From an uncultured Phycisphaerales bacterium (GTDB taxonomy: Bacteria > Planctomycetota > Phycisphaerae > Tepidisphaerales > Tepidisphaeraceae): 64,000 nucleotides of DNA. The notes beneath the pieces were generated by a model. The model was not told the origin of the DNA and searched no databases. It saw nothing but the letters and a program-made list of their open reading frames with translations. Of the stretch, positions 19,205 through 29,339 are shown in pieces. The first letter of the stretch is position 1; every line of letters begins with the position of its first letter. The translations under genes were made by a program, and so were the position numbers. The DNA lies in assembly GCA_963758525.1 (NCBI GenBank), contig CAVWVQ010000003.1, positions 576,001 to 640,000 of the forward strand, read 5' to 3'.

Positions 19205-20824
19205 ATGTCCGCAGCAGCCGCTCCCATTCTCCCTCCCGTCGCGCTGGCCGAGTCGCGGCCGGCGCACAATCCGTGGCTGGTGGCGATCGTCGTCTCGATG
19301 GCGACGTTCATGGAGGTGCTGGACACGAGCATCGCCAACGTTTCGCTGCATCACATTGCCGGCAATCTTGGCGCGGGATCATCGGAAGCGACGTGGGTGC
19401 TGACCAGCTATCTCGTCTCCAATGCCATCATTCTTCCGGTCAGCGGCTGGCTCTCCAATGTGATGGGGCGCAAGCGTTTTTACATGACCTGCGTGGCCCT
19501 CTTCACCGTCAGCTCGCTGCTCTGCGGGATGGCGCCTTCGCTGGGCTGGCTGCTGGTTTTCCGCGTTTTGCAGGGAGCGGGAGGCGGAGGACTCGCTCCA
19601 AGCGAGCAGTCGATCCTGGCCGATACGTTCGAGCCGCGCAAACGGGGGATGGCCTTTGCCGTGTACGGACTTGCCGTGGTCTTTGCGCCCGCGATCGGTC
19701 CGACGCTGGGCGGGTGGATCACCGATAATTTCTCCTGGCGCTGGATCTTCTACATCAACGTGCCGGTCGGAATTCTCTCGCTGATTCTCAGCTATCGGAT
19801 GGTGCATGACTCCCCCGCCGCCAAGGCCCAGACCGCCGAGACGTGGAAGCATGGACTTCGGATCGACTACATGGGATTCGGCCTGGTCGCGCTGGGGCTT
19901 GGGTGCCTGCAGGTCGTGCTCGACAAAGGACAGGAGGACGACTGGTTCAGCTCGCGCTTCATCGTGATCTTCACCACGCTCTGCGCGATTGGCATCGTCG
20001 GCGCCATCATCTGGGAAGTTTGGATCGCCGAGGACCCCGTGGTCGATCTCACGCTGCTGAAGCGATCGCGATTCGCATTCACCAATCTGCTGATGTTCAT
20101 CGTCGGGTTCATTCTCAATTCGACGACGGTGCTGATTCCGCAATTCGCCCAGCAGTTGCTCGGATACAACGCCACCCAGGCGGGAATGCTGCTGATGGGA
20201 GGCGGGATCGCCCTGATGGTGATGATGCCGGTGTCCGGGATCCTCACCAGCAAGATTCAGCCAAAATATCTGATGGTCTACGGCATCGCGGTGACCTCGC
20301 TGGCGATGTGGCACATGTCCACGTTCAATCTGCAGGTGACCTTCAGCCAGCTCTTCTGGGCGCGGGTTTACCAGGCGATGGCGCTGCCCTTCTTTTTCAT
20401 TCCCATCAACACGGTCGCCTATTCAGATCTTCCGCCGGGGCGATCCAATCATGCATCGGCGCTGATCAACCTGATGCGCAACCTGGGCGGATCGACCGGA
20501 ATAGCGATCGCCGTCCTGCTGCTGGAACGCCGCACCGAGTTCCATCACGCCCGGCTCGTCGAGCATCTCACGCCTTACGATCCCGCCTTCATGAGCGCGT
20601 TTCACACGATGACCCACATGTTCAGCAGCGGCAGCGGAGCCGGCGGTCTGATTGCTCCCGCCACCCGGGCCCTGGCCATGCTTGACGCCAGCGTGCTGGC
20701 CCAGGCGACGATGCTCGCATATTTGGACGTCTTCAAGATCATGGCCGTCGGCTGTGCTCCGGTGATCGTCCTGTGCCTGCTGCTGAAGAAGATGAAGAGT
20801 CATGGGGCGCAGATGGGGCATTGA
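19205..20824 (+). CDS. EmrB/QacA (DHA2) MFS efflux permease
   Basis: FMEVLDTSIANV, WVLTSYL, FRVLQG, APAIGPTLGG, WRWIFYINVPVG, RNLGGS motifs. Confidence 0.95.
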   Translation: MSAAAAPILPPVALAESRPAHNPWLVAIVVSMATFMEVLDTSIANVSLHHIAGNLGAGSSEATWVLTSYLVSNAIILPVSGWLSNVMGRKRFYMTCVALFTVSSLLCGMAPSLGWLLVFRVLQGAGGGGLAPSEQSILADTFEPRKRGMAFAVYGLAVVFAPAIGPTLGGWITDNFSWRWIFYINVPVGILSLILSYRMVHDSPAAKAQTAETWKHGLRIDYMGFGLVALGLGCLQVVLDKGQEDDWFSSRFIVIFTTLCAIGIVGAIIWEVWIAEDPVVDLTLLKRSRFAFTNLLMFIVGFILNSTTVLIPQFAQQLLGYNATQAGMLLMGGGIALMVMMPVSGILTSKIQPKYLMVYGIAVTSLAMWHMSTFNLQVTFSQLFWARVYQAMALPFFFIPINTVAYSDLPPGRSNHASALINLMRNLGGSTGIAIAVLLLERRTEFHHARLVEHLTPYDPAFMSAFHTMTHMFSSGSGAGGLIAPATRALAMLDASVLAQATMLAYLDVFKIMAVGCAPVIVLCLLLKKMKSHGAQMGH

Positions 20825-20832
20825 TTTGGGAA

Positions 20833-21092
20833 GGCACGGAGGCACGAAGGCACGGAGGCACGAAGGGGGGAAAAGGCCGAAGGGAGAAGCGGACAGGGAC
20901 GAAGAGGGGAGGCGATTGCAAATTGAGGATTGCAAATATTGCAAATTGCAAATTGCAAATTTGAAGACGGGGCCCCGTTGCTCGCGCTGGTATTTTCTCC
21001 CGGTTTTGCAAATTTGCAATTTGCAATTTGCAATCCCCAACTCTCCGTATTCGCTTCCCCTTCGTGCCTCCGTGCCTTCGTGCCTTCGTGCC
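20833..21092. repeat. Nested inverted arrays: outer 8-mer (GGCACGGA/GGCACGAA) arms, inner TTGCAAA heptamer arms
   Basis: 20833-20864 versus 21061-21092; 20916-20960 versus 21005-21034. Confidence 0.85.
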
Positions 21093-21228
21093 TCTCTTCT
21101 ACTACGTCCGATAACGCTGCAGCTCCGAGAATAGTCCACTTCTGCGCGTCTATTCGCCGATAAAGTTCCAAACGGGCGCGTTTGGATGGCGGCTCTTCGC
21201 CCGCCATCGCTCCATTGAAGGGATTCAA

Positions 21229-21762
21229 ATGTCGGCAATTTCCGGATCAACTTCGCTTCAAACTCTCTTTGCCAATCTGCAGCAAGCGACGGCTTCATCA
21301 GCAACGTCCTCGAACTCCGCGACCAATGCGTCGACGTCAAGCACGGCGTCGCCTCCCACGGTTCATGGCCGGCATCATCACGGTGGCGGGAAGGGGCTGC
21401 GGAGCCAGATCGAGTCGGCCGTCGAGAATGCGCTCTCCAGCGCTACGGCAGGAAGCGACGTCGATCAGACGATTCAGACTGCGATCGAGGGCGTGCTCAA
21501 GCAGGCTCAATCGCCCTCAGGCGCGACGAGCAGCTCATCGGGTTCGAGCACAACGGTTTCCGCCGCCACGACGGCTCCCAATGCTCAAGTAACGCAGCCG
21601 ACTTTCGAGTCATTTCTCCAGGCGCACGGCGTCAATGCGCAACAATTCGCCAGCGATCTGAAGGCCGCGTTCACCAGCGCGTGGAGTACCGGACAAACGC
21701 CAGATCTCTCCAGGCTCTTCTCCCAACTGCCAGCCGGATCGGAAGTCGACGTCCAGGCTTGA
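21229..21762 (+). CDS. Ser/Thr-rich hypothetical protein with a His stretch
   Basis: AAGGGA RBS; low-complexity ORF ending GSEVDVQA. Confidence 0.65.
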   Translation: MSAISGSTSLQTLFANLQQATASSATSSNSATNASTSSTASPPTVHGRHHHGGGKGLRSQIESAVENALSSATAGSDVDQTIQTAIEGVLKQAQSPSGATSSSSGSSTTVSAATTAPNAQVTQPTFESFLQAHGVNAQQFASDLKAAFTSAWSTGQTPDLSRLFSQLPAGSEVDVQA

Positions 21763-21771
21763 GCGGAGGAC

Positions 21772-21812
21772 GGGTTCAGGGTTCAGGGTTCAGGGTTCAG
21801 GGGACAGGGGAC
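21772..21812. repeat. GGGTTCA heptamer tandem array
   Basis: Four GGGTTCA units then GGGGACA variants; reverse complement of the array at 14534-14571. Confidence 0.85.
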
Positions 21813-21900
21813 AGTCGGGAACCCACAGAACTGTCATGCGCTGGCCGGTTTGTTCCTGCTCCACGTCTGGGACGTTAGACTGCGAACAACAGGAGGGCCC

Positions 21901-22584
21901 TTGACTGAGAATCAGCAACCTGCCGACGTTCCGTTTGCGGCGATTGGGCCGCGGGAACGGCCGACTTCCGTCACCGTCATCGCGATCCTGGCCATCGTCT
22001 TTGGTTCTTGTGGCGTTGTGATGGTCCTCTTCTCCGCCGTGAGCTTGACGATTCAACATAACGCCGCAAGCGTTGCCGGCCCCGGGCCGAACTTCACGAC
22101 GACTGTGACGAGCAGTTCGACCACCAGCAACGGCACTACGATCACCACGAATGTGAACACGGTTTCTCCCTTTTCCGCCGCATACCTGCGTGACCCGGCG
22201 TTCATCGCCTACTCGGTCGTCAACGACTCGTGCTGGCTGGTGCTGGCGGTCATCGCGATCACCGCGGGAATCGGATTATTGAGTCTCAAGGCCGCAGCCC
22301 GCGTCTGGATCATCCGCTATGCCATTGCCGACATCATCATTGGAACCCTGGGGCTCACTTTTTATATTCTGGTGATTCAGCCAAAAATTGCGGCTGCAGT
22401 GCAGTCGATGGTGCTGCAAAACAGCGGCCCAAGCCCGATGCCGAACATGGCGCCAATGATGGGTGTGATGATGTATGTCGGCGACTTCTTCTCCGCCACG
22501 GTGCTTTGCTGGCCGGTGGTGGTTTTGTACATCATGAGCCGGCCGCACGTGAAAGATGCGTTCGGAGTGCCGCCGCGCAGTTAA
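21901..22584 (+). CDS. Four-TM membrane protein
   Basis: TTG start after AGGAGG; RPTSVTVIAILAIVFG start and IMSRPHVKDAF end. Confidence 0.75.
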   Translation: MTENQQPADVPFAAIGPRERPTSVTVIAILAIVFGSCGVVMVLFSAVSLTIQHNAASVAGPGPNFTTTVTSSSTTSNGTTITTNVNTVSPFSAAYLRDPAFIAYSVVNDSCWLVLAVIAITAGIGLLSLKAAARVWIIRYAIADIIIGTLGLTFYILVIQPKIAAAVQSMVLQNSGPSPMPNMAPMMGVMMYVGDFFSATVLCWPVVVLYIMSRPHVKDAFGVPPRS

Positions 22585-22638
22585 AGGACCTTTCGATATA
22601 AACCGATTCGGTTTCGGATACGATGCAGACATCTCCTC

Positions 22639-22938
22639 ATGCCCGGGGCCACTCAAGCCATCACGTTGCTTCTCATCGGAACAGGCATCTGTGCCTACGG
22701 GTACGAGTCATCGCAACGAGGCACCGCCTACGATGGCGACGACGCGACAGCCTCCACGCAGCCCTCTTCCGGCTATCACACGTACTACGGCGGCAGCCAT
22801 CACTGGTACAACTCGTTCTACCACTCGGGCGGCTCTACCTCTTCGTCATCTTTCGGCTCATCCTCGTCGCATTCGTCCTCGACCGCGCGCGGCGGATTTG
22901 GATCGACAGCCCACGCACACGCCTCTGCTTCCAGTTGA
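22639..22938 (+). CDS. YgiB/DUF1190-like small exported protein
   Basis: Hydrophobic N-terminus, Ser-rich region, TARGGFGSTA C-terminal motif; precedes the YgiC-like gene. Confidence 0.65.
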   Translation: MPGATQAITLLLIGTGICAYGYESSQRGTAYDGDDATASTQPSSGYHTYYGGSHHWYNSFYHSGGSTSSSSFGSSSSHSSSTARGGFGSTAHAHASASS

Positions 22939-22948
22939 CGGAGCCGCA

Positions 22949-24136
22949 ATGCAACGTTTGGCTATAACGCCCCGCGAGGACTGGCAGAAAATCGTCGAGT
23001 CGCAGGGGCTTCTCTATCACACACCGATCGACGAAGAGGAGCAGCCCAGCGCCTGGTGGGATGAATCGGCGTATTACCGATTCAGCAGCGGCGAAGTCGA
23101 TCTGCTCGAATCGGCGACGTACGAGCTGGACAAGATGTGCCTGGCTGCAGTCGAGCATGTCATCGCCGACAATCAGTTTGAACGCCTGCACATTCCCGCG
23201 GCCTATGTTCCGTTCATCAAGCAAAGCTGGGATGCGGATGAGATCACGATCTACGGCCGGTTCGATCTGGCCTATCCTGGCGGGGACGCGCCGCCAAAGC
23301 TGCTCGAATACAATGCCGACACCCCCACCGCTTTGCTCGAAGCTGCCGTCGTGCAATGGTTCTGGCTCAAAGACGTGCAAAAGAACTGGCCGAATCAAGC
23401 CGAATCAAAACGGCTCGACCAGTTTACGACCATCCATGACCGACTGATCGAAGTCTGGAAGAGACTGCGCGAAGAGCGATCCTCCCCGCGCGTGCTCTTC
23501 ACTTGTTTCATGCAGGATCAGGAAGACGCCACAACCCTGCTCTATCTGCGGGACACCGCAATGCAGGCCGGGCTGCAAACCGAGCAGATCGACATCGAGC
23601 AGCTCGGCTGGAATCGCGATCGCCGGCAGTTCGTCGATGCCGCGGAACTGGCGATCGACCATCTCTTCAAACTCTACCCCTGGGAATGGATGCTGCAGGA
23701 AGCCTTCGGCCCGCGCCTTCTCGAATCGAGCGTCCGCTGGCTCGAGCCGCCGTGGAAGATGATCCTGAGCAACAAAGCGATATTGCCGATCCTCTGGGAG
23801 TTATACCCCGACAGCCCGTACCTGCTTCCCGCGCAGTTTGAGCCGATGCATGGCGTCGCGCACGTGCGCAAGCCGTTCCTGGGCCGGGAAGGGGCGAACG
23901 TCGCGATCGTCAGCCAGGATAATCGGATCGCCTTCCAGACCGACGGCGCCTATCCCGGCCCATTTGTCTATCAGGCGCTGGCTCCGCCCGCCCGCTTCGG
24001 CGAACATCATGCCGTGATCGGAAGCTGGATGATCAACGGCTACGCCGCCGGCATCGGGGTGCGCGAAGAGAACGTTCCCATCGTGGGCCGACGCAGTCGT
24101 TTCGTCCCGCACCTGTTTGTCAGCTCCAACCAATAA
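22949..24136 (+). CDS. Glutathionylspermidine synthase-like ATP-grasp ligase (YgiC/YjfC family)
   Basis: WDESAYY, YGRFDL, LLEYNADTPT, FKLYPWEW, EPPWKMILSNKA, GREGANV, FVPH. Confidence 0.93.
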   Translation: MQRLAITPREDWQKIVESQGLLYHTPIDEEEQPSAWWDESAYYRFSSGEVDLLESATYELDKMCLAAVEHVIADNQFERLHIPAAYVPFIKQSWDADEITIYGRFDLAYPGGDAPPKLLEYNADTPTALLEAAVVQWFWLKDVQKNWPNQAESKRLDQFTTIHDRLIEVWKRLREERSSPRVLFTCFMQDQEDATTLLYLRDTAMQAGLQTEQIDIEQLGWNRDRRQFVDAAELAIDHLFKLYPWEWMLQEAFGPRLLESSVRWLEPPWKMILSNKAILPILWELYPDSPYLLPAQFEPMHGVAHVRKPFLGREGANVAIVSQDNRIAFQTDGAYPGPFVYQALAPPARFGEHHAVIGSWMINGYAAGIGVREENVPIVGRRSRFVPHLFVSSNQ

Positions 24137-24158
24137 CCTCAAAGAAGGGAATCCATTC

Positions 24159-24398
24159 ATGCCCGAAATGTCCCATTGGCCCCCCAATACGTTCTTCGGA
24201 GCGATTCTGTCGACGATCGTCTTCGGCCTGATCGGCATCCTGCTGACGGTGCTCGGGCTGAAGCTTTTCGATTGGATTACGCCGAGCATCAACATCGAAA
24301 AGGAGCTGGCCCAAAACCACAACATCGCGGTTGCGATTGTCACCGCTGCGATGATCATTGGAGCCGCGATCGTGATCGCCGCGGCGCTGGTTGGGTAG
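24159..24398 (+). CDS. DUF350 (YjfL-like) membrane protein
   Basis: FDWITP..EKEL..NIAVAI motif between two TM helices. Confidence 0.85.
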   Translation: MPEMSHWPPNTFFGAILSTIVFGLIGILLTVLGLKLFDWITPSINIEKELAQNHNIAVAIVTAAMIIGAAIVIAAALVG

Positions 24399-24541
24399 AG
24401 CTGAACCGTCGTACATTCGTCACTGAATGACGAGACTTCTTACAGCTTTTAATCGTTTTAAGTCAGAACACGCGTTTTGTAATCGAAAAAAATGAATCCT
24501 AATCGTTTTTGAGCCCGCGGCGGCGGCCCGAATGCCGCGCC

Positions 24542-24937
24542 TCACACCGACAGCGCGTGAATGATCAGATGGCCCTTCTCATCGACGGAACTGGGCAGCA
24601 CCGGCAGATTCTGAGTAGCCGGGCCGTCCGTGACTTTGCCGCTGGCGTCGTAATCGGAGCCGTGACATTTGCAGTGGAACGAATGGTCCTCTTCCGCATT
24701 GACCACGCAATGACGATGCGTGCAGATGGAAGAGAGAACGAACAACTTTCCGCCCTGGCGAACCACGAAATAGCCGTCCTTGCGATTCTTGTCGTACACG
24801 CCATCCGAGGCGTAGCCGCTGACCGGCCCGGCGTCGACCTCGACATTCTCCAGACGGACCGGCGCGTTCTCACCGGCACATCCCGCGACCACCAGCCCTG
24901 CCGTCAACGCCACAAATTCCCGCCGGTTGAATTCCAT
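24542..24937 (-). CDS. Tat-exported Rieske [2Fe-2S] lipoprotein
   Basis: NRREF twin-arginine signal, VAGC lipobox, CTHRHC and CKCHGSDY Rieske boxes. Confidence 0.9.
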   Translation of the reverse strand: MEFNRREFVALTAGLVVAGCAGENAPVRLENVEVDAGPVSGYASDGVYDKNRKDGYFVVRQGGKLFVLSSICTHRHCVVNAEEDHSFHCKCHGSDYDASGKVTDGPATQNLPVLPSSVDEKGHLIIHALSV

Positions 24938-25078
24938 CTCGATCCTTTCGTGTTGGGGACGCTTCAAAGATAGCAGACCCAGCCAGATCTCGAAACGGCC
25001 GAAGCCGCGTAAAGGAGTCAGGGCGAGTCAGGATAGCGCGGGTTTGCGAAATCCGAATAACGAAGCTGAAACCTCGAA

Positions 25079-26035
25079 TCAATACTCAAACACCAGGCTC
25101 GTATAAATCCCCCAACGCAGGTCCTCGCGAGCGCCTGCATCCATCGGGAATACATATCCCACGCCAAGGCGTGGCTGGAACGTGCCGAGCGAACGGAGAT
25201 TCGCGCGAATGGCGGCGTTGCCGAGGAGGGCGTTATGACCGGCGTCGTCATGGTTCAGCGCGGTTTCGCCGGACATCTCAAAGACAGGGATCAGCGACTC
25301 GATGCCGGGGAGGGGAAGATCCTGGCGATCGATGGTGTATCCGAAATCAAAGCCGTACTCGAACGTGTGCGATCCGCCATCGTCGCCGGAGCCGTAGAGG
25401 ATGGAGTAACCGAAAATGCTCTGAATCGTGATGTGCTCTCCCAGCCGGGTGTCGTTGAAAATCTTGGGAACCAACTCGGCATTCTTGCTCACCGGCGAGT
25501 TCGTGGGAACACCCACCTCGACCGCCGCGCCGAAGGTCGTGTCGAGCCAGCCGTTGCTGGAGACGAATTGATAGAATGGAGCCCGCGCGCCCAGATCGAC
25601 GTTGTCGAATCCGTGAATCCGATCGCGTCCGGTTCTTCCCGTCCCAGGGTTAAAGAAGCTGGACTCGTCGGATTCATAAGGCACCTCGACTTCGAGCGTG
25701 ATCAGGCCGAACCCCTTTTCAATCTCGGCGGTGCCGCTGTCGGAAACAGTCCCCTTCCCTTCGGCGTGAAACCAGTCGAGCCGAAGCTCATTCACTTCAG
25801 CGTCTGAATCGTCCACCAGGAAAGGCTCAGGGAAGACGCCAACGCCATAGGTGCTGCGGGAATCGAGCAAGTTCAAGGGACCCGTTCGGGTGCTGGTGAC
25901 ACCAGACGGCAATGCCTCCGCTGCGGCCGAGAAGCGCGGCCGTGCCAGCAGCATGACAGCGATAACGAGCGCAAACACCTGAAAAATATTGGCTTGCAGC
26001 AATCGGTTCCTTGACAGTTTTTGAATCACGAACAT
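25079..26035 (-). CDS. Putative outer-membrane beta-barrel protein
   Basis: AAGGAGG RBS at ATG 26035, signal peptide, alternating beta-strand pattern, aromatic C-terminus (SLVFEY). Confidence 0.7.
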   Translation of the reverse strand: MFVIQKLSRNRLLQANIFQVFALVIAVMLLARPRFSAAAEALPSGVTSTRTGPLNLLDSRSTYGVGVFPEPFLVDDSDAEVNELRLDWFHAEGKGTVSDSGTAEIEKGFGLITLEVEVPYESDESSFFNPGTGRTGRDRIHGFDNVDLGARAPFYQFVSSNGWLDTTFGAAVEVGVPTNSPVSKNAELVPKIFNDTRLGEHITIQSIFGYSILYGSGDDGGSHTFEYGFDFGYTIDRQDLPLPGIESLIPVFEMSGETALNHDDAGHNALLGNAAIRANLRSLGTFQPRLGVGYVFPMDAGAREDLRWGIYTSLVFEY

Positions 26036-26057
26036 TGGCCTCCTTGGAAAGAGGCGA

Positions 26058-26105
26058 AACATAGCAAGTTCAGAAATGCTGTCAAGCAACTGCGACTCAG
26101 TCTCA
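26058..26105 (-). promoter_or_regulatory. Sigma70 promoter with an adjacent 7-1-7 Fur-family-like box
   Basis: Minus strand TTGACA-16nt-TATGTT with extended TG; TGCGACT-C-AGTCTCA at 26091-26105. Confidence 0.6.
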
Positions 26106-26231
26106 GCACAAAGCCGCGGATGTACATCCGCGGCTACGAGGGGTGTTTCACGGTGCTTGGAACAAGGTTGCTCTTGGACGGTATGTTAAATGCTCAGCAG
26201 CAGTCAGTCGTGAGTCCTTACCGTTGTCGCT

Positions 26232-29200
26232 TCACACCGGCAGCGGCATCGGATGACCCTGCTCGCTGAACCCGCCTCGCAAGCGCAGGAACCAGAGCCT
26301 CAGGCGGTCGAGATACAGATAAATCACTGGCGTCGTATACAGCGTCAGCACCTGGCTGAAAATCAACCCGCCGACGATCGCCACGCCCAGCGGGCGGCGC
26401 AGCTCGGCGCCGCTGCCGACGCCGATCGCCAACGGCAAAGCGCCGAACAGCGCGGCCATCGTGGTCATCAGAATGGGGCGGAAACGCAGAAGACACGCCT
26501 GGAAGATCGCTTCGTCGGGGGGAATCCCTTTATTCCTTTCGGCTTCCAGCGCAAAGTCGATCATCATGATGGCGTTCTTCTTCACGATGCCGATGAGAAG
26601 AATAATCCCGATCAGGCCGATGACGTTCAGTTCCATGCCGCAGAGCAGCAGCGCCAGCAGGGCGCCGACGCCCGCCGAGGGAATGGTGGAGAGAATCGTG
26701 ATGGGGTGAACGTAGCTCTCGTAGAGAATTCCCAGCACGATGTAGACGGCCAGGAGCGCCGCGGCGACGAGATAGATCTCGCCGGAGCGCAGATCCTGCG
26801 AGGCCTGCGCGGTTCCGGAAAAGCTGCCGTGCACGGTGGCGGGGACGCGCAAGGCGCGCTCGCACTGCTCGATTTCGGTGAACGCGGTGCCCAGCGCCAC
26901 GCCGGGCCGGAGATTGAACGAGATGGTGATCGACGGGAATTGCCCGGAGTGATTCACCTGCAGCGGGGTGGTGTCGGTCGCGTAGTGTGAGAACACATTC
27001 AACGGAATCTGCGCGCCATTCTTTCCCTTCACATAGATGTAGCGCAGGCCGTCGGGATTTTGCGTGAATGCGGGGGCGGCCTCCATGATCGTGTGATATT
27101 GGTTGAGCTGCTCGTACATGGTCGAAACCTGCCGCTGGCCAAAGGCGTCGTACAGCGTGTTGTCGATCGCGGACTGAGTGATGCCCAGCCTCGCGGCGGT
27201 GTCGCGATCGACCGCCAGGCGCGCTTCAAGCCCGGCGTTTTGCTGATCGCTGGTGACATCGACAAGGCCCGGGAGCTTGGAGAATGCCCTAACGAGCTTG
27301 GGCGCCCATTCGTTGAGATCGGTCACCGCGTCGGCTTGCAATGTGAACTGATATTGCGTCGCCGTCGGCCGTCCGCCGATGCGCAGGTCCTGCACGGATT
27401 GGAGAAGCAGCAGCCCGCCCGCAACGCGCGACGTTGCCTTGCGGATGCGCCCGAGGATCTGGTCGGCGGTGAGCGTTCGTTTCCCGACGGGATTGAGCGA
27501 GACGAACATTCTTCCGGTATTGGTTCCGCCCCCGCCGCCGGTAAACGCAATGGTGTTTGCCACGTCGGGGTCCTTGCTGACAATCGCGGCGTACTTCCGC
27601 AGGAGGGGCTCCATCGCCTGAAACGACGTATCCTGGTCGGCCATGATCGTTCCGGTCAGGCGGCCCGTGTCCTGCTGCGGGAAAAAGCCCGACGGCACGT
27701 TGACGTAGAGATACCCGGTGAACGCGATCGTGCCGATGGTGACAAAGAGCATCAGCAATGGATGCCGCAGCACGCCCGCCAGCGTCAGCTCGTACCCGCG
27801 CAGAATCGTGTTGAAGACGTATTCGCTTCCGCGATAGAAGCGGCCGTGCGTCTCCTGGTCGTGCGACTTGAGCAATTTGGCGCACATCATGGGGGTCGTG
27901 GTCAATGAGACGACCATCGATACCGCGACCGCGACTGAAAGCGTGACGGCAAACTCGCGGAAAAGCCGACCGACAATTCCGCTCATCAGCAGAATGGGAA
28001 TGAAGACCGCGATCAGCGAGATGCTGATTGAAACGACCGTGAATCCGATCTCCTGCGCACCGAGGAGCGCCGCCGCCATCGGCTTCATCCCCTGCTCGAG
28101 ATGGCGCGTGATATTCTCGATGACGACGATCGCATCATCCACGACGAAACCCGTCGCGATGGTCAGAGCCATCAGCGAAAGGTTGTCGATGCTGTAGCCG
28201 CACAGATACATGACGCCGAAAGTGCCGATCAGTGAGATGGGGACCGCGACGCTGGGAATGAGCGTGGCGCGCACGTTGCGAAGGAAAAGAAAGACGACCA
28301 GGATCACCAGGCTGATTGAAATCAGCAGGGTGAATTCGACATCATGCACCGACGATTCCACCGGAGCCGCGCGATCCATGACCACCTGCAGCTTCATCGC
28401 CGGCGGAATCGCGGCGCTGAGGCGCGGCAGGACGGCGCGGACGCGCTTGACGGCGTCGATGATGTTGGCGCCGGGTTGACGGAAAATGATGATGACGATC
28501 GATGGGTCGGTGTTGAACAGCCCGAGCGTATGAACGTCTTCGACGGAATCATCCACGCTCGCGACGTCGGAGAGCCGCACCGCCGCGCCGTTCTTATACT
28601 GGACGATCAGCGGACGATATTCTTTGGCGCGCAGCAGTTGATCCGTGGCGGCGATTTGCCAGGTGCGGGTCCCGTCGCTGAATTCTCCCTTGGGGGCGTT
28701 GGCGTTGGCGTTTCCGAGCGTGGTGCGCAAGTCCTCCAGGTTGAGCCCCAGCGCGTTGAGCCGGGTGGGATTCGCCTCGACGCGCACCGCCGGAAGCGCG
28801 CCGCCGCCGACGGTCACCTGCCCGACGCCCTGGATCTGTGAAAGCTTCTGCTCGAGGATCGACGCGGCAATGTCATACATTTTCCCGCGGTCATAGACCG
28901 TGGAGGTCATGGACAGCAGCATGATCGGCGCGTCGGCGGGATTGATCTTGCGATACGTGGGCTTCCCCGGCAGGTTCGAGGGGAGGTTCCCGGCGGCGGC
29001 ATTGATCGCCGCCTGCACGTCCCGGCCGGCGGCGTCGATGCTCCGGCTCAGATCGAACTGCATGGTGATGCTGGTGTTCCCCAGCGAGCTGGTGGACGTC
29101 ATTTCCATGATCCCGGCGATGCGTCCGAACTGCCGTTCCAGCGGCGTGGCGACGGCGGACGCCATCGTGTCGGGACTGGCGCCGGGGAGATTGGCCGAAA

Positions 29201-29339
29201 CCTGGATCGTGGGAAATTCGACTTGAGGAAGCGGAGAAACCGGCAGGCTGAAATACGCGATCGCGCCGGCGAGACCGACGGCGATGGTCAGCAGCGTCGT
29301 CGCCACGGGGCGGTGAATGAACGGGGTGGAAATGTTCAT
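26232..29339 (-). CDS. mdtC: RND multidrug efflux permease MdtC
   Basis: 1035 aa; [48 protein letters not shown]. Confidence 0.93.
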   Translation of the reverse strand: MNISTPFIHRPVATTLLTIAVGLAGAIAYFSLPVSPLPQVEFPTIQVSANLPGASPDTMASAVATPLERQFGRIAGIMEMTSTSSLGNTSITMQFDLSRSIDAAGRDVQAAINAAAGNLPSNLPGKPTYRKINPADAPIMLLSMTSTVYDRGKMYDIAASILEQKLSQIQGVGQVTVGGGALPAVRVEANPTRLNALGLNLEDLRTTLGNANANAPKGEFSDGTRTWQIAATDQLLRAKEYRPLIVQYKNGAAVRLSDVASVDDSVEDVHTLGLFNTDPSIVIIIFRQPGANIIDAVKRVRAVLPRLSAAIPPAMKLQVVMDRAAPVESSVHDVEFTLLISISLVILVVFLFLRNVRATLIPSVAVPISLIGTFGVMYLCGYSIDNLSLMALTIATGFVVDDAIVVIENITRHLEQGMKPMAAALLGAQEIGFTVVSISISLIAVFIPILLMSGIVGRLFREFAVTLSVAVAVSMVVSLTTTPMMCAKLLKSHDQETHGRFYRGSEYVFNTILRGYELTLAGVLRHPLLMLFVTIGTIAFTGYLYVNVPSGFFPQQDTGRLTGTIMADQDTSFQAMEPLLRKYAAIVSKDPDVANTIAFTGGGGGTNTGRMFVSLNPVGKRTLTADQILGRIRKATSRVAGGLLLLQSVQDLRIGGRPTATQYQFTLQADAVTDLNEWAPKLVRAFSKLPGLVDVTSDQQNAGLEARLAVDRDTAARLGITQSAIDNTLYDAFGQRQVSTMYEQLNQYHTIMEAAPAFTQNPDGLRYIYVKGKNGAQIPLNVFSHYATDTTPLQVNHSGQFPSITISFNLRPGVALGTAFTEIEQCERALRVPATVHGSFSGTAQASQDLRSGEIYLVAAALLAVYIVLGILYESYVHPITILSTIPSAGVGALLALLLCGMELNVIGLIGIILLIGIVKKNAIMMIDFALEAERNKGIPPDEAIFQACLLRFRPILMTTMAALFGALPLAIGVGSGAELRRPLGVAIVGGLIFSQVLTLYTTPVIYLYLDRLRLWFLRLRGGFSEQGHPMPLPV

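Noticed and set aside
24420..24510. AT-rich tract with three TAATCG words between convergent genes
   Set aside because: Irregular spacing and a position at gene ends give no supportable function.
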